From NCBI GenBank assembly GCA_965285935.1, contig OZ260666.1:64914001-64978000 (forward strand): 64,000 nt of DNA, in the 5' to 3' direction. The position numbers and the translations under genes were made by a program. The notes below the pieces were generated by a model. It did no database searches and was not told the origin of the DNA. It saw only the letters and a program-made list of their open reading frames with translations. Source of the DNA: Ophelia neglecta. Lineage: Eukaryota. This document shows, one piece after another, positions 13,801 through 27,200 of this stretch. Every line of letters begins with the position of its first letter. Within the stretch, counting starts at the first letter, position 1.

Positions 13801-16800
13801 GAAAATGTAGCTTACTATATTCTTTTATAATAATCAACTTTAAAGTTCATCTGTTACATGAGCATGGGCTAATGATACGAAAGGACTAGATTCTAAAATC
13901 GACTTTCGAGGAAAATCATATACGCAATTTCAATCAGCTCATTATGTCTCTGGGTACACTATAGATAAAAGTAAACTACCATTTAAAGTTTCATTGTTCG
14001 AACTTTAGATTATTTTAACGACCTACTGTTACAGAACGCAACAGTAGGTTCTTCTCCAAAAGAATATATATTGTTAAGAACGGACGGAAGAAACAATAAC
14101 AAAACAGTTATAAAATGTTTCTGTTCTTTGAAACTTATCCTCCCGCGTATAGCTATAGCATAAAATAATACAATGATGGTCCTCTAGCTTGATCAACCCG
14201 AGGAAGACCCCTCTTAAATATTTCTCCGAAGCAGAGAACATTCGCTTGACTATACACAGCTATACTATAGAGTTGGTGATATTTATAACAACTCTAAAGA
14301 AGCCTACTTATCTTCAGCTAGCGTGCGTTAAATATCATTCCTTTAGGAACCATAACAGTTCCAAGCGACATTTAACTAGTTTCCTCTTTTCAGCCCCCTT
14401 AGGTCTTTGGCACATTATGCTAACTTAAACCTTATTTATTAGACTGCAACTGAAGGTAGGGAGATTTAGGGAGCATTCTGTGGGATAGGAATCAACTACG
14501 TTTCCTGTCATAGCGCCTCGAGGGTGTGAGATAAGTGTCTCCTAAGTGAGAGATATAGGTACCCTTCTGGGAGCGGATACTCACCCCTAACGCTTTAAGT
14601 GGAACTTTTTTTTTCTAAAATTGCAGATCCGCCTACAGATTTTTATTACCATGCCATGTACCATAGTTTTTTTGAAAAAACATTTTTCAAATATATATAG
14701 CTTGGCAAATAGCATGTATAACTGACCGATGAGAAGAAACGCACTGTAAACTTTGTGTTAAATGCCAACATAGTACGGTAAACAGTATTAGAGTTGTCCC
14801 CGATAGAAACACACCAGCAACTGAATAAGGCTTGAACATGCAAAAATATTTATTAATACGAGAAGATACTATATAGTAGCGATCCGGGCTTCCTCTTTCC
14901 TAGTGACCGGTCGTAACTTCCAAGCAGTATAGGGTAAGCCTGGGGATATATTCTACACTGAAGAGTTTAAAGCTAATATTTTTCGCAATCTAGTTAGCTA
15001 ACAAAAGTTTTCCTGCTGGCTGTTTGTGTGCGGAGAACATATGTATGTGGTAATATTGTTTCGCGTTTTGCCCCGTTTGTATAATATATATAGTTTAAAG
15101 GAAATTTCAAAGTTGATAACTTAAAAATGGTATAATGCCCTAGTGATTATGTCTTATGTTTGCCGTTTCTACCGCGTGAACAAACCAGTCGTTCCATTAT
15201 TAATAATTGGTTCAATGATATTTCTGTGAGTTATGAGGGTTGATACTTAGTATTTATCTTTTCACATCCCAACGTAAATAAAGTCAGTTTTTGTCACAGA
15301 TGAGGCCTATTTCTGTCAAATAAACTACTTCCGGTCGGCTAATGTCTTCGGCTACAAGCGTCTGCTAGTTAACCCTCAATTTGTCCGGCGTGCAAACCAA
15401 CTAAAATAGAGACTAAGATAAGAGAGATATGGTGACTAAGCAACTAAAGTGAGGATTAATCCTAGCGAAATATGGTGCTTAAAGAAGGCCTAGAATTTTG
15501 CCCTCTTCTGTCGGGAAGAAGAGCTGCATTTGGAAGAAACATTTATTTCTTACTCGGGAGCAACCCAGATTATGCGCTCATTTATAAATTTCTCTTCACT
15601 GGAATATCCGGTGGGTTTGGGAATACCTGGCCAAAAGCGAGTAGCAAAAGTAGAAAAATTCTAGTTCTAAATTCTGGAAGTTGTCACAGGATATACTATG
15701 ACGGAAATATATAATTAATCGGCTTTGTACACGTATACATGGCCACTGACTGGTCGCATTTCTTACATTGTGATTTGGACTATGTTGCATATATTTTGAC
15801 CGTTTAATTTTAGTTGGATATTATCTTGATCATTCACTGTGCCTTGCCACATGTCTGTATGGTCTAAATTTGTAACTCATTAAACCCTTTATTTTAAATC
15901 TTGCACATTCGGATAAGAATTTTTGCTTAGCATTAATCATGAATTATGTCAGCAGCTAGCAAGGGTTATTGTTAATTGAGTTATGTGCTATAAGTTCACT
16001 CTCAGAGTTCCGTATCTGTTTAGCATTCCTATTAAAACAAACGTCTGTAAATAGTGAAAACAATAATGCAAAATATAAAGCGTTAAAGACAATATAGGTC
16101 CCGTCATTCTCACTACACATGAATGACGACGTTTAATAATATTTATGGAGTATCAAATTGATAAACTAGACCTTGCATCCATAACCGAGAACTTCTGTTT
16201 CAAGCCATCTGAACTCGATCGATAGTATGTTTAGCATTAACACCTTAATCAACCAGCGCGCAAACAAAACGTAGCTGCAGAAATTTATTTGATATATATT
16301 CCCGTCATTCAAATTAATGCTTATTTATCGTAATTGAAAGTTGAACGAGTTTTCTCTAAGTATCAAACACGACTTTTACTAAACTTGCGCATCAATACGG
16401 TATCGAAAAGCTGTTAAAGACATAAACTCAGTTCACAGTTCACAACAATATAATTATTGTCAGACAAAATTCTCTTAGGGGCTGACTGAGTACGGTCGAT
16501 ATGGAGGAGGTATGGATTTCAAATGACCGTCTCCTAAAAATCTTTCAGTCTATATAGAACATTAACATCGATCAAATATGTTAAACTTGTATAGTACCCT
16601 TATCCGGATAAGCTGGTGACTTGGGCAACATAATGTTAGTAGCGCGATAAGGGTTCTGAGAATCTTTGTAACCATTGTAACAATGGTTGAGACAGAACGT
16701 TACTGTTTTAATAAGGACCGAATAAGGCCACTTAAAATATCAAGATACTATAGATATTTGGCGTATTAACATATATAATAGCTGTTTTTGACCTCTTCTT

Positions 16801-17071
16801 TAAATTTTGACTACTTTAAAGTAGACGCGTTGGCAATTCATTCTAGTAATACAAGTCTCCTTTGGACTGCGCAAACTCATAGCTTATATATTAAAAGTTA
16901 ATCCAGTGTGCGGAATTTATAAACGGTGCACAAATAGACACTCTGGTTTATAAGAAAAACGGGAGTGGTTACACTGCAGAAAGCTGCAGAAAACACCATG
17001 AATTAATGTAGGTTTAAAGTTTAAGTAAAAAGAGACTTGTCGAATATAGCAAGGCCTTACTCTCTTTACAG

Positions 17072-18289
17072 GTGACGATGGCAAACATACCGCTGTTGTC
17101 GGGGTTATTATTTGCCCTGGTGATCTTCAAATCTTCTGCGACTGCGCAGAGTAACTTAGCTGCCATCTGTGGTGAGCTGTGCAGCCATCTTGACTACCAG
17201 GGAGACCACGAGAACTGTGTGTTCGCCTGCGAGAACTTACTGGTTATCGAACATTGGAAGTCTCTTCAAGGCGAGGAAAATGCTATAAACTCAGTGGACA
17301 AGAGAAAGCAATCCAACTTTGTACGTATTGGTCGCGACTATGATCGTCGTCTGCGTCAAAAAAGCTCCTTTGTTCGTATTGGACGCGACGCGGAGGACGC
17401 AATGCGATCTAAACGCGCCAGTTCCTTTGTGCGAATTGGACGCGCTGGCGTGGAGGAAGTGGACTTCCCTGACAAACGCAAAAGCTCCTTTGTCCGCATT
17501 GGAAAATCAGGCGATAAGAGAATGAGCAGTTTTGTTCGTATAGGAAAGTCGTACGAGCCAGAGGAAAAGAGGACAAGCCCCTTCGTGAGAATAGGAAAGG
17601 CAAGTAACTTTGTAAGGATTGGCAAAAAAGATGACGATAACGAAGAAAAGCGAGCCAGCTCATTTGTGCGCATTGGCAAAAGTGGCCCAGAAGAGGACAA
17701 ACGGGCCAGCAACTTCATCAGAATCGGGAAAAGAAAGAGCTCCTTCCTGAGAATAGGCAAAAAAGATGACAACAAACGAGCTAGCTCATTCGTTAGAATC
17801 GGCAAAAGTGACCCCGAGCTATTACTTCCGTTGGAGGAGGCAGAAAAACGAGCAAGTTCATTCGTACGTATCGGAAAATCAAGTCAGGAACCGGAACTGT
17901 TGATACCCGTGGAAGAAGAAAACAAACGCGCCAGCGCCTTTGTTAGGATCGGGAAATCTGACTCTGATTTGTTACCTGCAGAAGAGGACAAACGGGCGAG
18001 CTCCTTTGTGAGAATAGGAAAAAGTAATGATGAACTTTACATTCCAGTAGATGAGCAAAAACGACTTAGTTCTTTTGTCAGAATAGGAAAATCATCCCCA
18101 GAGGCACGCCATGAAACTGAAAAGAAAAGAGCATCTTCATTTGTCCGTATAGGAAAGAACGACCCAGAAACAGAAGACAAGCGGGCAAGTTCGTTTGTAC
18201 GGATCGGCAGATCCATGGATGGCCCCGAAGAAAAGAAGGCAAGCAACTTTGTGCGGATTGGGAAGAGGAGCGCTGAGACTCACCATTAA
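17072..18289 (+). CDS. FVRIa: FxRIamide (FVRIamide) neuropeptide precursor, main coding exon
   Basis: The 405-codon ORF has a hydrophobic signal peptide (IPLLSGLLFALVIFKSSATA) and a C-x3-C-x11-C-x3-C domain. It then has 18 copies of xSxF(V/I/L)RI-G flanked by KR/K/R cleavage sites and acidic spacers. These include 7x ASSFVRIa, 2x ASNFVRIa, and QSNFVRIa, MSSFVRIa, TSPFVRIa, ASNFIRIa, (K)SSFLRIa, ASAFVRIa and LSSFVRIa. A splice acceptor (ctctctttacAG, 17070-17071) directly precedes the ORF. Confidence 0.97.
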   Translation: MTMANIPLLSGLLFALVIFKSSATAQSNLAAICGELCSHLDYQGDHENCVFACENLLVIEHWKSLQGEENAINSVDKRKQSNFVRIGRDYDRRLRQKSSFVRIGRDAEDAMRSKRASSFVRIGRAGVEEVDFPDKRKSSFVRIGKSGDKRMSSFVRIGKSYEPEEKRTSPFVRIGKASNFVRIGKKDDDNEEKRASSFVRIGKSGPEEDKRASNFIRIGKRKSSFLRIGKKDDNKRASSFVRIGKSDPELLLPLEEAEKRASSFVRIGKSSQEPELLIPVEEENKRASAFVRIGKSDSDLLPAEEDKRASSFVRIGKSNDELYIPVDEQKRLSSFVRIGKSSPEARHETEKKRASSFVRIGKNDPETEDKRASSFVRIGRSMDGPEEKKASNFVRIGKRSAETHH

Positions 18290-21200
18290 TAGTGTGTCAC
18301 CCGTCCCTAGTAAACACATACAGGTGAGAAGTTTATTTCCTAATTTAACGGATAAAGCTTTAATGGTCACACTTAAACAAACAAAGCCTATTAGAATAAG
18401 TAGGCCTACTTGTGAATAATGTTAAATTTAACATTGGATAACCATTGGCCTTGAATTTGAATCAGGACTACAGGACGACCCTGAGTCATTCTGTTTGCGT
18501 CCTAATGTATCCAGCGTCAATCTGAATATATGACGCGGATACTTATTTAAATTACCTTAAAATTTCACCATATAATATATATATAGGCCTACATCCAGCG
18601 GCCGTCTTGGTATTATGTACAGAACCTATTGGCATATAAATGTTAAATGCAATTCATGAGATATAGGCTCTTCGAGCATAAAACACATTATTTCTTAATC
18701 GCCTCTGCACCCTTAAGCAAATAGTAACATGCCGCCAGTTTGAAATGAGCCAATTGCGTTGGATGATGGGCTCAGATAAATCTTTCGCTCTGCAGGACAG
18801 CTTTAATATGCTTGTCCGAGCTTTCCATTTTATCGATATCCCTGTAAGATTCCTAACATATTTGTTGTAGAGAATCTTAACGGCATGATTTCAGTTCGCT
18901 GTTCAAAATCAAACTTAGTGTCCGTAAAAAAGCCCTATTGTAAATCGGCGCAGCGGCCATGTTTCAAGTCAATTTGTAATCTACTTGTACATCAATGGGC
19001 TCACCTGTGTCCATGATACTAAGGATTACCTAGTCGCCCAAGGCCGTAGGAGCGCACCTGTCAATTTTTGGTTCACCAACTTCTTGTTCTAATAATCTAC
19101 CTATTGCTTGACCAGTTACCTACTAACGGCTATAAAACCGTGTTAAATTCAAAAACTCCTTATTAACTTGAAAACTATCACGGCCGTCTACATTTATAGG
19201 AAAAGTATGATGACGTGAATGGTGTGTTTGAAGTACACTGTTTGATTAGTGTCCGGCGCCTTATAATATGCTCCTAGTAGGCAGTGGGTCGATGAGGAGA
19301 ACCAGTATGCCTCCACTTATATAATGAATGGTTAGGAAGATATCATAGCCGCTTTTTCCATTTCCTCTGACCATATCTGATGACACACCCAATAGCGTTA
19401 TAATTATTTCGCCATCAGGCTTTGCCAACTGACATATACGGCTATCTTAATCCGGAAATCGTAGAACAGGTTTTTTTCAATGCTTGGTACATATTTAAGG
19501 CAGGTCCAGTCCGTGACTATGTTTACATGCGTCCAATATGCCGCCTCTCTATTTTCCTTGGCGTATCATGTGTGTGGTTATATTGGTGCTCGGCGGGAAC
19601 TGGCCATGTGTTGGGTCGTCTGTTTGCGGTTTAAAATCCAGCGTCCACCTCCGAGCCCTATGCAAACCCCTCACGGTCTACGGTTACCGTCTCTCTGAAC
19701 AGTCTCAGCCGTAATTGTTTGCCCCTGTTTAGTATAATACCGAAAAACATGATGAACATTGAAATGAGTTCATAAAACATCGCCAATAATCAAAGCTGCC
19801 ATTGTTTTTATTATTAATTGTAATCAATGCTATGTATTCAGGCCTCTATTGATAGTCATCATAGTACGAAAACCTGATAATGGAAATAAGTTGGTCTTAT
19901 TCTTTTGACCCAGGTTTATATGCGCGATTCCGATCCTGAAAAGTGTACAAAATATTTAAGGTTGTAGACACTGGATTTTAAACAAAGTAAGGCGGTGTTT
20001 TCTCAGACATACGAGTAGCCTTGTAATCGTACCTCACCCCTTGAATTTGCTAGGGTGTTGTATATTCCTTTGATTTAAGAATGTGGGTAATTTAAGGACC
20101 TCAATACTGGGTTTAACACACCGTGTTCTCCTCCCCGGACACCCAATAAGGAGTCGGCATGTTATTTGTTGACCTGGGATTAGATAAAAATAATTCCGAG
20201 TCAGCTAAAAAGGACATATTAACGGCTTCAAATCAAGCCCTGAAGTAATTTGGGAAATTGCAATTTCTAATATTTAGCCACTTGGTCCTACTTCTCAGTA
20301 CTTTAGCTGACCGTAGAGACATTCTTACGAGAAATATTCCGCCTCGTCACCTTGGTCGAAAGCGCCACTGGCAATTTGATTAGTATAAATGACTGACAGC
20401 GGGAGACAGAACTGTGGGGAGTATGAATAGCAGAAATCTTATCAATGTGACGTTCATAAACCGATTGGCACAAAACTGTATTCAGTGAATACAAAAGTAA
20501 AATAGGGGCGATATTAAAGCGCTTTTAGGTTGCCATGTGCGCAGGGAAGGCTCCGTCGGAATCAGCCCTATTAACCCCTCACCATTGGTAGTTAATGTTG
20601 AGCCTCAGGACACCGCATCAGGCATTAACTGCTCTGCCGCTTTATAAATCGTCTTTATTAGCTCCGTTAGCGTAACTGAACGAACCAATTAACCTTTAGC
20701 TTGCGAAAGGACTATTCTTTCAAATGCGTCACCACACTTGGTGTGTTATTATACATCTACCATCACCTCTTGGTATACTCCCTTTTTTCTTTTTTACTCA
20801 TTCTTCATATTTGTTTAGATAAGAATGGATCTTTTTGTATTAATTTATTTATTGGCCCAATATGACCTACACCGGAAGTCCTTCTGCCCGCCAATCCTTG
20901 CCAAACCAATTGCCATGCACCCTATTGTTTTAGAACGGAAGGTATCAATTATGACCACGGTGGTATAAAGGTTTAAATATTTATATTCTTACTTTTTGAT
21001 TTATTTGGTACTGTTTTACTTAGGCGCATGCTCAATTTCCGCCTTTCGTGAAATAACAGTACATGTATAATTATTAGCATACCAATTGACGGTAACCAAT
21101 TAGGGCTCGTATCATATGAGCTCTGACGGGGTGATGTATCCCATGACGCTACTGACTACCTGCTCACTGACCTTGTATTCATCTAAGGTCATCGTGATGA

Positions 21201-24200
21201 ATTGGCGCAGACGACTCTTAAATGTAGAAACAAGTAAAGTGCGAACAGCGGAAAGAAAGCCGTGGTGAGTTTAACCTGAAAAGTGCACCGCCAATGACAA
21301 CCATTGGCATCAGAGTACCGGGTACCATTAATTGGTAAACTAAGTAACAAGTCCGCAGCAATCTAATTTCCAGATGAGAAAAACCATGTGAATATTAGTT
21401 GGAAACATCAATTCAATATACAATAGCAAATTTGTATAGTATTTATGTTTTTGTTTTAATTGACACTAGGAGAGAAAAGGTAACCCACCGCAGTGAATGG
21501 CCTTTAATGTCTAGAATCTGCTCCTGGGTGTGGGGATTAACCTGGGATGTTGTTCTAAAAGGTCATCAGGCTAAAGTTAAAAAATATCAATCGATATATG
21601 TTTTAGACTTGAATGAAGTCCATATCCAAGAAAAACCTACAATTGAGGGGTTCTGACCTAAATTTTGCCTGCTTTGTGCTTAAGCCTGTGCTTTAATGTG
21701 GCTGATTTCCAAGCAAGTCAAAAGGTTGCTTGACTCTGAATCTAGTTTTTAAAGATGGTGACACGGGTTAGCGGTTTGCTATATAGATTAAGGGTGGACC
21801 TTATACAATTGCACCCTGCTAGAGTGTCCAGAGACTACTCAAATACCCAGTACTGTTTTACTCTTTGCTTTCTTCCGCTTTCTAAAAGAAATTGAAATAA
21901 CATCGATCTGTGCTTATTGTCCCTCTTCTGCCATCAAAGGGTTCTACTTGGGTCAGTTTCAATTTTCAATACTGTCGACAGGTTGTGGTTCTGCCGCATT
22001 TATGTTTCTGCAGCAGACAGGTAGCAGACGACCGGAAAGCAAAACTGGACAAAAGCCAATATCATTATAGCGCTTGAAAATATTATCCCAGCAAAGACTG
22101 AAGTAAAGAAAAAACTTCTCCAGTCTTTCAGAACTCCAACCAGAGCCTTTTAGATACATACTGCATTCTATCTATCAAAAATATCTCCTTATTTTAGACC
22201 ATTCGTGTTTGAACAACAATTAATCAAATATTTGATAGCCAGGAAGATATCATTGATGGGTTCGAGTATTAGTAGCAGAATAGAAAGACTTCCCAGATGA
22301 TAAATGTTAATAGAGTGTCACCACCATTTGATTAAGTTGCTGCTTTTGATCAAAGTGATACCTGTATTGCGCATACTAGAGTATCGTGACATCAAGGCAG
22401 ACCCACTGCCCTCTAATATCGACATGGTGATCGGAGCTTAACATGGCTGGCACAGAATCCTTATCAACTTAGTAGCAGATTATCTGTCCATACTATCTCT
22501 GATATTAATTCATCTTGTTCAGCCACTAATCTCTACCACCCGATGTCTGTCGACGTGCAAGCCCTGGTTCTGAGCAGCCACCTAGCAACGCCTGATTGCC
22601 GCCATAGGTGATTTTCAGCGAATGCTCAGTTTCACCCCATAGTTATAAACTATATTATTTTGTGAGAAATAAGCACTCTTTTTCATTCTGTTTCTGCAAA
22701 TAGAAAGCATTGAATAGAATATTGCTTCTCCTATATTCAATATATGTAGGCCTTTGAATAAAGAAAAATGTACATACACCATTGCCTATTTCACAAAACC
22801 TTAGAAACCCACAATCAATGATTAAAGAAATGTCCGCACTCTACCGGATAATTTAGTCAATATGGTATTTACTATTCTCCAGGAACCATTGATCAACACT
22901 TTATTATATCCAATGGACAAGGGTGCATTATGTGTCTTAATTGTGTTCAATATCCACCCAGTCTCTTGTGTATGGTTTTATTGTTCACAGTGCTAAAGCG
23001 ATTGATCTGCCATTATGTAGCAGTTACAAATGCCTCACGATCGGTGAGAAGAAAGTTTCCTTTATTTGATACATTATTTCTAAGTGGTGGGGCTTGGTAA
23101 ATGGGATCCCATACTCTGTCGCCAAATTGCAGAGTATAATGCCTTGCAGTACACAAGGGATGCACGTTTGCTCATCCGTCCTGCAATTTCCTTTCACACC
23201 ATATGATAACCCAGATCTACATTACTTGATTCGACTCGCTCATTTGACCTAATCAGAATCAAATCACTTGGCAATTTACTCAGGACCTTCAATATAAAGG
23301 GTGGCCGAATGATACTTTGTAGAGCGTATTGATTTTCCAATAATAATAATTTTCAAAACAAGTTGATTTATTTAACAAAGGTGTTTAGAAACGCAAGACC
23401 CCCCCCCCCAACACCAATAAAAGGGATAGTAAACATGTCTGGCGCGAAAAAACTTGTGGCAAAGGCAGAACATGATTAGGTAATATCCATTCTTGAAATA
23501 TTACTACATCTCCCCTGAAACTAAACAAACGTGACATGAAGCCTGTTATATTAAGTAATTCTTCTTTGACCTGTGACAAATATGACAAATATTCTTTCAA
23601 CAGAAGATACATTCGAACTATTGAACTGTTCCCTAATTCGTTAGCATGTGATATACAGTAGTGCTAAATACATAACAGCATGCTTCATTTTCGTTGGTTC
23701 ATTGTTCGCTTAAGGCTGGGCCGTATGAAGCTAAAGTCGGCCCTTTTTTGCTTTAACATTTTGAAAGTTGAAAGAGATAGTCGTCTTTTGAAAGCCTGAC
23801 ATATGCTTCCGGTATCGAAAGCCATGTAATTTAGACACAGATGCCATGGTGTCAAAGCCATATCTCACGAAGTCTTTGTCTAGAATATATTCCGAAGCCA
23901 TTTTGGCTATGATTAATTTTGTCTCGTTCTCCTCGTCACTAATAAAACTGTTGAACCTTTTGCTCAGAGATGGCCAAATATGTTCTAGAGATGAGAAAAG
24001 GCCTTTTATTGTGGGCTGACGTGCATTATTGAAAGCAAAAGTAGCCCCTGCACCACTACGCATTACTCAGTGCACTCCAATTCAATTTATTCAACTTATG
24101 CTTCGTTAAGTTAATTTATATCGTAAAGAAAGCTATAATGCATATCACTGTATGGACCTTGCCTTACCCAATGTCATATTAAAAATATAACTTACGACCC

Positions 24201-27200
24201 GACTCTTAAATAAATTAAATGTGTAAGCACCCGCCAACGTATATGTGTGCCACATAAGGCCTGGGCAATAAGCACCTATAAAAAGAGTACATCGGCCCCT
24301 CTCAACCGTGGGGGAGTTTAACATATCAAACCAGTTAGTTCTTATATTTTAATATATTCAATACACGGAGACAAATTATATAAACTGAGTGGACCTACAA
24401 GATAAAAAAATCCGAAATAAATTCAAGCAGATCAACATTTTCCACCTCCCGGCCATTCTCCGGCTTTGCTTCAGTTGGGAAAGAAAAATACGGTAGATGT
24501 AGAAAAGGCACCAATAAGATGGGTTCCCTAATGGCAATAAGACACGCCTAGCCTTTAGATGCACATTGGTTTATAAGTGTTTCGTTATCCTATTGAGTCA
24601 GTCAGTTGTCACAGTCTCTGACAGACTCTTTACCGGACAGTTCAATAAGACCATCGTGTTTGTTAGTTACCTATAACAAATAGACGTGTTCAATCTTAAA
24701 CTTTGTCAATGACAGACTCAAATAAGGCCCAGTGGGAATGTATACATCTGAGAAATCGGAGATGACTAGCCCAAAGTCTGTCCATTCATCTTAATAGCCA
24801 GGCTATTGAATTTCCGAGTGTTCTCCATCAAATATTGTCATCAAACTGTACGTCGCCATTACTATAAAGTAATTAAGATCTATATACATATTCATAAACG
24901 GTGACCTACTTCTGGCCTCAAAATTTCTTCATTGCATAGTGCTTTAAGTTTTGCTGAGGCCTTACCAGACAGTTTACGACTGGTCACTATCTGATCCACT
25001 TAGATTCTACTTGGTAAGAGCTATGGTGGTAGGCAAAACACATTCTTTTTCAAAGAAACGATTTAAAATGGTAGAGGTTATCTACCACGCAGTTTCGATT
25101 TAATGTTCTTGTAGCACACGACCACTCGACAGACCCACTCGACACGCCCAAAATGAGTGGCTGCCCAATGTCGGGACGCACTTTGAAATAATTTCCACTT
25201 TTAGAAAAATACTTCTTCGGGGCGGAGAGTAAAAACCAATGCCAACAAATATTTGTTATGTCTTATTTGGGAGAAGGAAGAAGCATGGTTAAAACAGGGA
25301 TTGAAACAGGACTAAACAACGACTTGGTACAATAAGATCTGGCCAGTCGACATAGTACAGGTCAACCATGATGGGGGCCTAACAGTATGTGTGCACTATA
25401 GCGAATACCCTCACCCCTCCTCTCCCCTCATTAAGTATCATTGATATCCTACCGTTGAAAATAAATTGAAAATCGGTTGGCTCTAGTTTATTGCCCATCA
25501 GTGTGTGATGGAATCTGTCTCCTTCAAATCTCTTGATTCTCCTATAAGGAATGTCATCATCATATCATATATATTAAACCCAGTGATTACCAAAAACCCA
25601 GTAGACCAGACGATATTGCATTATTGTTCTCTTCATCTACTTTATATTCATCACCATTCTAAATCCTGCATCAATGTCCGTGGTGAGAGCACAGAAAGGA
25701 ATGCAGAATATCCTGAACGGACTCGCGAACAGATGATATGAGGTTTAAAGCAGACAGTCCGTTAATGTAGGCATTATAGAGTGGATGTTTGTCAGCAAGA
25801 CAGTCTTTGAATAAATAACTCTTATAACTGTCATCGTTTGTTTTGTTTGGTGCTCAGTTCATGTCAGTGCACTTGACATTCGTTTTATGTAACTCACTTC
25901 GAACCAGTGTGTAGATATTTGCGGTAAGCGTGACCCAAAGGCTAGGTTTTCCCGTTGAACGTCTGGTGATAGTTTGAATAGACAATGAAACCGGCCTCAT
26001 AAGGTATGACTCTTAAATACTTTAATCCATTAAATGAAAACATGTTTACTTGAACTTTCCCGGGAACTTCAAATGCGAGCTCCTAGACCACATCAAACTA
26101 TTGTAGCTTCTTAATTTAACACAAAAAAATATCATGATATTGGCTTTCATATTTCGATAAAAATGAAATCTGTACAATTATGTTTTAGAGGGCCTTTTAA
26201 TGCTACGTACCTATATCCTGTCTTTTGTGTCAATTTTGCTCGAACTGAAGTCATACATCAGCACCTTATCTAGCAAGTGATGTATCAAAGAGATTATGGT
26301 GTTCACTAATTCCTGGTGTTGGCTCTAGCGGATATTGAAGAGACGTGCTAATATATTATCACTAACAGACAATTTCCCCTTTCCGTTAGCTTGATGAGAG
26401 TCTGCCAACTTTATGGTGCTCTCCTGAGGACCCTACCAATTCACCTTCACCTTGCACGCCAACATGTTGCAGCTATCGCAATAACATATAGGACAGGGCA
26501 AATAAGACCGTTCCATTGGCTGAGAGCGTATGTTCAGTTGAAATGAGTAAATTCTGCGTTACTGCTAAAACCCAATCTTACTAGTTCCTCTTATCACATG
26601 CTTGGACAATATACGTTTTTTAGTACTTAAAAGGGGAATTAAGGTCAAATCACACGAGCTGGTAGACTTTGAAACACGGAGGATTATGCCTTCAACTCCA
26701 AAGATATTCCATTGAACTTTCAATGTTAATCTATTGGTAACTTAATGTGTTTGAGAAATACGTGGCTACTTGGCCACTTTTTATAGTCGTTTCTTATGGG
26801 CAATAAAAGGGCCATTTGTATTCTGACATACTTTAACAGAATAATTCAGTTTTGTGGCATTTCGCATGTACGTTAAACCTTTATTGTATAATGCATTTTA
26901 ATGGACATGTTTAAGAGAACAGTTGGGAGTGGATTTACAACTCTTCTTCCAATAGAAGTCTTATATTCGCCAGTACAACACACCCACTTTCACTAATCAA
27001 ATGTTCAGTAGGGTGGCATGTATTTTCTTTACATAATAAACAAAAATATCTCGAATAGATTAGGCCTCATATGTTACGACTGAATAGTCTATAGTAAAAC
27101 ATTCTTTGGTGGTTGGCAGTTACATGATGGCTTATGTTTTTTGGAAAGGTGGGAGGCTTGATGGTGCTGGTAGCTCCTCAAAGACACCGTGCCTTGGTCT

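Noticed and set aside
17319-18419. Antisense and alternate-frame ORFs overlapping the FxRIamide exon (e.g. 17356-17805 -, 18037-18246 -)
   Set aside because: These are shadows of the repetitive coding sequence, with no independent signals.
19580-19720. Possible tRNA/SINE-like sequence on the minus strand ending in CACCA
   Set aside because: I could not build a cloverleaf or find clear A/B boxes.
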